Positions 48,395 to 54,165 of a DNA stretch of 64,000 bases are shown piece after piece. The DNA comes from an uncultured delta proteobacterium. Its GTDB lineage: Bacteria > Desulfobacterota > Syntrophia > Syntrophales > UBA5619. Location of the stretch: the NCBI GenBank assembly GCA_963817385.1, contig CAWFOM010000031.1:64001-128000 (forward strand). The letters are read 5' to 3'. A program made the position numbers and the translations under genes. The notes under the pieces are model-generated. The model was not told where the DNA came from and did not search any database. It saw nothing but the letters and a program-made list of their open reading frames with translations. The first letter of the stretch is position 1. Each line of letters starts with the position of its first letter.

Positions 48395-49538
48395 CTAAGC
48401 AATCGCGCGCGACACAATCCATAGAACGAGGCCGCCCGCTCCCATCCCGATCTCCAGCGGAAGCGCCCAGCGCATCTCCCGGTTCACGCCGGAAAGGGAC
48501 GTAAACGTGGAGGCCCCGGTAAAATTCATGGCGAGATAGGCCGTAACGGCCGGGATGATCATGAGCCACGCCAAAGACGCCGAGCCGCCCCGACCATATC
48601 GACGGTTCGTACTCCTGCAGGGAAACCATAATGATCGCTATGACCGCTCCGAGCTCTAGACCCTTCGCCGAGAACGCCCGTCCGGGGAGATAGGGTAAAA
48701 GAAGGGGATGGATCACCGTCCCCCCCACGATCGCACTCAGAAACGCCAAGACGGCAAAGGAACCGTCATGAAGGGCGTTCTCCCAGAAGCCGGCAGGACC
48801 GCCGATGCCGCCAAGGAGGAAGAGAAGAGGTGCGATGATCAATGTCGGTTTTATGGTTTCAACCAGCTCGATCGGGATCAGGACGGCCCTCTCCTTGAGT
48901 GGGAACGTCTTGAGGCGCATTGTGCTTGTGGCCTTGAAACCGGCATCGATATAGGCCGGAAGGTCCTCGGCCTTGATGGGGCCGTAACGGACGCCGAATC
49001 CGGAGAGCTTCTTCACCGTGTGGGCGGACACGCCCGGCGCCCCCAGCTGGGGCAGGATCAGCAACCGGTGGCTGACGATCTCCTTGAGGCGGCTTGATTC
49101 AATTCTGCCGACCAATTCCTCCGTCCCGAAGGTCCCCTTTCCGGCGGCGCACCAGACGTTGATTCCTTTCGTATCAAGGACCAGAATCCAGAGATTCCTT
49201 CCGGAGAGGGCGCTCCGCAGCTCGTCAAAGCTCATCTTATAATTGGCGCTCACCAGGACCGGCGACTCCCGATCCGGAACGCCCAGGGCGTAGAGGCCCG
49301 GATCGATGGCATAATCCAACCGGCCTACCCCCCAGCGGGCTTTGATAGCCCCCCAGTGATCCCGCCATTCGAGCTCTGACGATACCTGGGGCAGGCGGCC
49401 GACCGGCGTCTCGATGGACCCGGTGACAAATCGTTGTCCCGGATCGGGCGATTTCGTTTGCGTTTTTTCAGCCCCGGGACAGCAGCCGGCAGCGCCGGGA
49501 TGGATCGGAAAAACGGTTGACCCTCCTTGTTGATTCAT
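48395..49538 (-). CDS. hgcA: Mercury methylation corrinoid protein HgcA (frameshift at about 48581 in the TM domain)
   Basis: Cap-helix motif GINVWCAAGKGTFG; PGLYALG, ANYKMSFD, LPQLGAPGV and YGPI motifs. The conserved tail AYLAMNFTGASTFTSLSGV.REM lies in the adjacent frame and ends at TAG 48395. Confidence 0.95.
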
Positions 49539-49557
49539 AACCATATCCTCCTTGCGG

Positions 49558-50022
49558 CTATTTACCGCATCTGCATGCAAAGGCAGCCTTTCTCATGGCC
49601 CCGGAAAAAACCTTCACCGCATCCAGAACTTCTTTCCGTTGCCCTTCCGGGATGCTCCGGGTGATGCCTCCGAAAAATTCCGCCAGGCACAACCAGACCT
49701 TCCGGTGGGTTTCTGCCCCCTCTTCAGTCAAACTGAGCGTTGCCGCCCGGGAATCGTGCTTGGCCCGATCCCGCTTTAAGAGGCCTCTTCGGATCAGCGG
49801 ATTGACCAGACGGGTCGTCGTGCTTTTTTCGACGGACAGAATTTGGTGAAGGTCTGCCAGACCCAGTTCCCCCTTTTTCGCGACGGCATCCAGGATGATG
49901 AACTGGTGAAACGTGACGTTCTGGCAGATCGCCTCGTCCCGGCTGCAACACCGGATCTCCCGTGCAAGGACCATGATGATTTCGAACAGCTCTCGGCAAC
50001 TCTTCTCAAGGTTCGTTAACAT
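49558..50022 (-). CDS. Cys-rich MarR family transcriptional regulator
   Basis: SVEKSTTTRLV..L..GL..R....DSR...L.LTEEG wHTH; RCCSRDEAIC near the N-terminus and CRC at the C-terminus; start ATG 50022. Confidence 0.92.
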   Translation of the reverse strand: MLTNLEKSCRELFEIIMVLAREIRCCSRDEAICQNVTFHQFIILDAVAKKGELGLADLHQILSVEKSTTTRLVNPLIRRGLLKRDRAKHDSRAATLSLTEEGAETHRKVWLCLAEFFGGITRSIPEGQRKEVLDAVKVFSGAMRKAAFACRCGK

Positions 50023-50057
50023 GGTTGTGCAATACAACCATATTGGCCCATTGTCAA
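50021..50057 (-). promoter_or_regulatory. Promoter and palindromic operator of marR-hgcA-hgcB
   Basis: ATGGTTGT-gcaat-ACAACCAT (50021-50041) overlaps the ATG; on - TTGACA-N17-TATTGC, then 6 nt to the ATG; no RBS. Confidence 0.7.
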
Positions 50058-50095
50058 GAAAAAAAGCAGGGAAAAATATTTTTTTGAAAAACCCC

Positions 50096-50130
50096 TTGAC
50101 AGACTTTTCTTTATATCGTAAAAATACGAT
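50096..50130 (+). promoter_or_regulatory. arsR promoter with palindromic operator (copy 1)
   Basis: TTGACA at 50096; ATCGTA-aaaa-TACGAT at 50115-50130 overlaps the -10 region. Confidence 0.75.
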
Positions 50131-50146
50131 AAAGGAGCTGCGATCC

Positions 50147-50455
50147 ATGGCCGACAGGAAATTTGCATCCAAGCCGGACCAGAAGCGTCTGGCAATGATG
50201 CTCAAGGCGCTGGGCAACCCGATCCGCTTTCAGATCGTCGAATTCCTGGCGCAAGGGAAAACCTGCATAACGGCCGACATCGTGGAGGCCACCCCCCTGG
50301 CGCAGTCGACGGTAAGCCAGCATCTCAAGGTGCTCCGCGAGTCGGGTCTGATCCGCGGCGAGATCGAAGGTCCGGCCACCTGTTATTGCCTGGATCGGGA
50401 GAATTTCCGCTGGTTGAAGGAGCGGGTCGACCGCTGGTTATCCGGTTGCTGTTGA
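50147..50455 (+). CDS. arsR: ArsR/SmtB family metalloregulator
   Basis: KALGNPIRFQI, C, PLAQSTVSQHLKVLRE.GLI.GEIEGP..CYC and C-terminal CC. Confidence 0.92.
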   Translation: MADRKFASKPDQKRLAMMLKALGNPIRFQIVEFLAQGKTCITADIVEATPLAQSTVSQHLKVLRESGLIRGEIEGPATCYCLDRENFRWLKERVDRWLSGCC

Positions 50456-50506
50456 AATAACGCGACGAGCTTTTACCCTCAATGGGCTTTTTTTTGGTTC
50501 GAGTCA

Positions 50507-50522
50507 ATCGTAATTATACGAT
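50507..50522 (+). promoter_or_regulatory. Second ArsR-type palindromic operator
   Basis: ATCGTA-atta-TACGAT followed, as in copy 1, by AAAGGAGCT. Confidence 0.75.
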
Positions 50523-50560
50523 AAAGGAGCTTGGACATGAACGATCCGAAGGGAGGAAAA

Positions 50561-51508
50561 ATGAAAATACTTTTTGGTGCGCATGAAAATGCCTGGGCTG
50601 GATTCCTGGGGTTACTGAAAACCGAACTTCCTCAACATGAATATGAGGCCAGCGGGCGATTTGGATTTGAGAGCTTACGAGGATTTGATGTTTTGATTCC
50701 AACCATGAGCACAGTGACCAGGGATCTTCTTGTGGGCGGCGATCATCTGAAGCTCATTCAGCAGTGCGGCGCCGGCCTGGATGGCGTAGACCTGCAAGCC
50801 GCCTCGGAAATGAATATACGGGTCGCCAATGTTCCCACCGATATATCCGGCAATGCCGATTCCGTAGCCGAGTTAGGCATATATATGATGATCGGGCTGT
50901 CAAGAAATTCCCGAAAAATGGCATTAAGTCTTACCGGCAGACAGATGGGGGTCCCGTCGGGCAGGGCACTCAGTGGAAAAACCGTAGGCATTATTGGTCT
51001 TGGCGGTATAGGCCGTGCCCTGGCAAGGCGTCTTAAAGCTTTTAATGTTCATCTAATAGGCATCAAACGCACCGATCCTCAAAAGGTTAAAGCGGAACTT
51101 GATTTGGAGTGGGTCGGAACCCCAGAAGATATGAACGAACTTCTTGGCAGGTCCGACTATGTAGTCCTCTGTCTTCCTCTTACTTCCGAAAACAGGAATA
51201 TGATGGGACGGCATGCTTTTGACATGATGAAGCCGGATTCGTTTCTGATCAATCTTTCCCGAGGCGGGCTGGTTGACCGGGGCGCCTTGGAGGATGCCCT
51301 TGCCTCGGAGAAGATCGGAGGCGCGGGTCTGGATGTATTCTGGGAGGAACCGCCTGATCCGGTTGATCCTGTATTTAACTACAATGTACTGGCGACCCCC
51401 CACATTGGCGGATCCACGGATGTCTCCATGCGAGGCATCGTTAATGCGGTGGCTGAAAATATCAGGCGATTGGAAACGGGGCAGGATCTTCTCTACGTAA
51501 AAGCATAA
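50561..51508 (+). CDS. D-isomer specific 2-hydroxyacid dehydrogenase
   Basis: GAGLDGVD, GIIGLGGIG, LINLSRG, GLDVF.EEP and TPHIGG motifs; alternative in-frame start at 50537. Confidence 0.92.
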   Translation: MKILFGAHENAWAGFLGLLKTELPQHEYEASGRFGFESLRGFDVLIPTMSTVTRDLLVGGDHLKLIQQCGAGLDGVDLQAASEMNIRVANVPTDISGNADSVAELGIYMMIGLSRNSRKMALSLTGRQMGVPSGRALSGKTVGIIGLGGIGRALARRLKAFNVHLIGIKRTDPQKVKAELDLEWVGTPEDMNELLGRSDYVVLCLPLTSENRNMMGRHAFDMMKPDSFLINLSRGGLVDRGALEDALASEKIGGAGLDVFWEEPPDPVDPVFNYNVLATPHIGGSTDVSMRGIVNAVAENIRRLETGQDLLYVKA

Positions 51509-51589
51509 CATGTTACCTTATTGTTTAGGTGTCATCTCTCAACACGACAGGATGCGATACCTTCCCCTTGATGCACAATCCCGGAATCT

Positions 51590-52207
51590 TCATTTCTCCT
51601 GTTCATCCAAAGGGTTCTTCCGATCGCAGGCAAGCTCGTTTCGCTCATCGCGGTAGAACACGCAGGCCGCAGCCAATTCCTTGCGGAGCTTCGCCCGGGC
51701 GCGATGCAGCCTCACTTTGGCCGTCTGGAGGGTCAATCCGAGGATTTCGGCGATCTCGCCGTCCTTCAATCCCTCCAGTTCGCTCAGGACAATAACAGCC
51801 CGATAGTGCTCGGGCAGCGCCTGGATGATTCCCCGGATGCACCCATTCATTTCGCTGCGGATGAGCTTCTGCTCGGTGGAAGCCTTCAATTCACCCGTTC
51901 GGATGTCCACATCCGCCTTGGTTTCCGCGATGGACTCCACCGGCAGCAGCCTTTCCCCCCCGTGACGGACGGAGGGTTGACGGAGCCTGTCCAGCGCGGC
52001 ATTGGTTGCAATCCGATAGATCCACGTGGACAACTGCGACTCGCCGCGAAAGGTTTCCAAGGCCTGGCCGACTTTTACAAACACCTCCTGCGTCACATCC
52101 TCCGCCTCGCTTTGGCCTACGACGCGCGTCAGGTAGCGGAAGATTTTCGCGTGATACTCGTCATAGACTTGCTGAAATCTCAATTCAGGGTCATACCGCA
52201 TATCCAT
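51590..52207 (-). CDS. ECF sigma factor with Cys-containing C-terminal extension
   Basis: AEDVTQEVF, STWIYRIATN..D and KVRLHRAR motifs; tail CVFYRDERNELAC. Confidence 0.92.
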   Translation of the reverse strand: MDMRYDPELRFQQVYDEYHAKIFRYLTRVVGQSEAEDVTQEVFVKVGQALETFRGESQLSTWIYRIATNAALDRLRQPSVRHGGERLLPVESIAETKADVDIRTGELKASTEQKLIRSEMNGCIRGIIQALPEHYRAVIVLSELEGLKDGEIAEILGLTLQTAKVRLHRARAKLRKELAAACVFYRDERNELACDRKNPLDEQEK

Positions 52208-52238
52208 TCCCCCCTGGTTACATCATATCATCGAATCT

Positions 52239-52496
52239 TCATGAGCAACAACAGGAAGATTCCCGGCTCCCAACGGATCGACCGGGCTCCCCGTCGCCCA
52301 GAAGCTTCAGGGCGAGCCTGTCGATGCCCGCAGCCGCCCCTCCCCTGATGGCCTTGGCGACATCCACGGCCTCCATGATTTCGCTCCGTTCAATCCCGAA
52401 TTCCTGCGCCTTGCCGACATGATATTCCAGACAGGGATGGCAATTCGCCCCGACGGATGCCCCCACCGCGATCAATTTCTTCGTCCGTTCGTCCAC
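52239..52496 (-). CDS. Carboxymuconolactone decarboxylase (AhpD-like) family protein
   Basis: LIAVGASVGANCHPCLEYH..KA..G motif; C-terminal CCC. Confidence 0.88.
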   Translation of the reverse strand: MDERTKKLIAVGASVGANCHPCLEYHVGKAQEFGIERSEIMEAVDVAKAIRGGAAAGIDRLALKLLGDGEPGRSVGSRESSCCCS

Positions 52497-52500
52497 AGCT

Positions 52501-52725
52501 TCACCTCTTACTTTCCTTGATTTTTCCGATTTCTTCCTTCAGCTCCCGGATCTCTTTTTTCACCTCATCGAGACGTCCCTCATGGGCGCCGCCCCAGCAG
52601 CAGAAGCGGCTGCCGGCCGCTGACGATCGGAAAAGCCTGCACATCATGACACATAAGACGATGCCGATCAGCGGCACCACCCACCACCATCCGGACCACG
52701 ATGCATCTCCACACCACCAATTCAT
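52501..52725 (-). CDS. Small Cys/Trp-rich membrane protein with C-terminal coiled coil
   Basis: MNWWCG..WWWVVPLIGIVLCVMMC..FCCWG..LDEVKKEIRELKEEI; RBS AAGGAG. Confidence 0.7.
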   Translation of the reverse strand: MNWWCGDASWSGWWWVVPLIGIVLCVMMCRLFRSSAAGSRFCCWGGAHEGRLDEVKKEIRELKEEIGKIKESKR

Positions 52726-52783
52726 ACGATCTCCTTTCCCTTTCCGTATTATGACCCTCATCATTTCCTCAGTGCTGACACTA

Positions 52784-52812
52784 TAGACGGACGAAACCAT
52801 CAAGAAGATACA
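52784..52812 (-). promoter_or_regulatory. ECF-type promoter of the small protein-CMD-sigma operon
   Basis: On -: TGTATC-N17-CGTCTA. Confidence 0.55.
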
Positions 52813-53002
52813 CCAGGGGAAATTCGTTGATGGATGCCCGGTAAAAGATGTGAATCACCCCTCCATCAGAATGGCCCTTAAGTCGCTTGGAATAATATGT
52901 CTTGACTTTGTCGAGAATGAGCGTAGCCTATAATCAACATACTGATTGACTAAGAAAATTGAATAATTATCCTTCCCATATAGGGAAGTGAAAAAATCTC
53001 CC

Positions 53003-53041
53003 AGCCCTGTCCATTATGATGTGACGGGGCTTTTTGTTTTT
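53003..53041 (+). terminator. Terminator-like hairpin in the 5' leader of the csp operon
   Basis: AGCCCTGTC..GACGGGGCT plus TTTTGTTTT, downstream of TATAAT (52929) and upstream of the first gene. Confidence 0.55.
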
Positions 53042-53167
53042 AAAGGGTAAAAAGGAAAGGGATTGAATTGTAAATACTATTTCGAAAAGTATGAACTCTT
53101 AAATTATTGAAAGAGTAGGAGATGCAGAGAAGTTACTTAAACACCGCAATTTAGAGAGGTATAATCG

Positions 53168-53518
53168 ATGAAACAAGAGATGGAAGTGAAGATGCAGTTT
53201 GGAGTTGGGGGCCTTATTTGCGGGGCCATCGTCGCAATGATCATCGGATTTGGTTGGGGTGGTTGGGTAACCGCCGGCACTAACCAGAAGATGAGCGGCG
53301 AGGCGGTAATGGCGAGTCAGGCGGCGATATGTGTCGCCCAATTTATGAAGGAACCGAACAGTCAAGAAAAGCTCAAAGAATTTGCGGCGGTCGAAAGCTA
53401 TAAACGATCCGAATTCATTGAAAAGTCTGGGTTCGACAAAATGCCCGGACAAAAAGAGGCAAGCAATGGTGTGACCAACGCATGCGTCACAGGGCTTGAA
53501 GTTCTTATCAAGAAGTAG
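53168..53518 (+). CDS. Hypothetical membrane-anchored protein
   Basis: One TM helix followed by GF.WGGWVT, ICVAQF and a second Cys; RBS GAGGT. Confidence 0.75.
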   Translation: MKQEMEVKMQFGVGGLICGAIVAMIIGFGWGGWVTAGTNQKMSGEAVMASQAAICVAQFMKEPNSQEKLKEFAAVESYKRSEFIEKSGFDKMPGQKEASNGVTNACVTGLEVLIKK

Positions 53519-53544
53519 GACAAGTCAATAACGGAGGATTAAAG

Positions 53545-53745
53545 ATGCCAGAAGGAAAAGTTAAATGGTTTAATGATTCAAAGGGATTTGGGTTCATCGA
53601 GCAGGAAGGCGGCAAGGACCTATTCGTCCATCATTCCGCAATCCAGGGAGGAGGATTCAAATCATTGGCGGAGGGTGATCGGGTCAGCTTTGATGTAACC
53701 CAAGGCGCTAAAGGTCCGGCTGCCGAGAATGTTTGCAAGCTGTAG
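53545..53745 (+). CDS. cspA: Cold-shock protein
   Basis: [23 protein letters not shown] and GPAAENV motifs. Confidence 0.96.
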   Translation: MPEGKVKWFNDSKGFGFIEQEGGKDLFVHHSAIQGGGFKSLAEGDRVSFDVTQGAKGPAAENVCKL

Positions 53746-53817
53746 GAACTTATTTGAGGGGCGTTGATCTGTGACCTGCCCCTTGACTTTGATGATGAGC
53801 AACACGATAGTATAATC

Positions 53818-53976
53818 GACGAGATGCTGCGATGCGCGTATTGAGTCTATTCTACTGGATGTTAACGAAATGAGAATCCTAGGGTCTTCGTGGTGATTGT
53901 CACCCCTATAGACCGGATCTTGAATGATGGACTCCAGTAAGAGACAAGACGGCATAGGCGGCTCTCGTCTTTTTTT
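53818..53976 (+). ncRNA. Rod-shaped ncRNA with central bubble, 6S RNA-like
   Basis: Nested pairings GACGAGA/TCTCGTC, GCTGC/GCGGC, ATGC/GCAT, GTCT/AGAC, TACTGGA/TCCAGTA, an A-rich bubble, then ATCC/GGAT, GGTCT/AGACC and GGTGA/TCACC. TATAAT at 53811; T-run at the 3' end. Confidence 0.65.
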
Positions 53977-54165
53977 ATTTTAACATCCTGCACGGATCCC
54001 TTTTGTTGACAGAATCCGGTTTGAGGGGCATACTGACCTCGCTCGAATCCGCCGTAATGCGCCGTGTTCCCGCACCTGCAGCCCAGGATGCCGGTCATAC
54101 CGTGCATCAACCCCCCAGGCCGGACCTGAAGTCGGTCGTCGAACGCTTTGTCCGGGAGGAAATCC

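Noticed and set aside
48395..49538. Annotation of hgcA as acetyl-CoA synthase corrinoid subunit (CdhD/AcsC)
   Set aside because: The NVWCAAGK cap helix, TM C-terminus and adjacent hgcB identify it as HgcA.
50447..50500. Possible selenocysteine readthrough at arsR ...CC-TGA
   Set aside because: No convincing SECIS hairpin; downstream is a U-rich, terminator-like stretch; a CC C-terminus is normal for ArsR.
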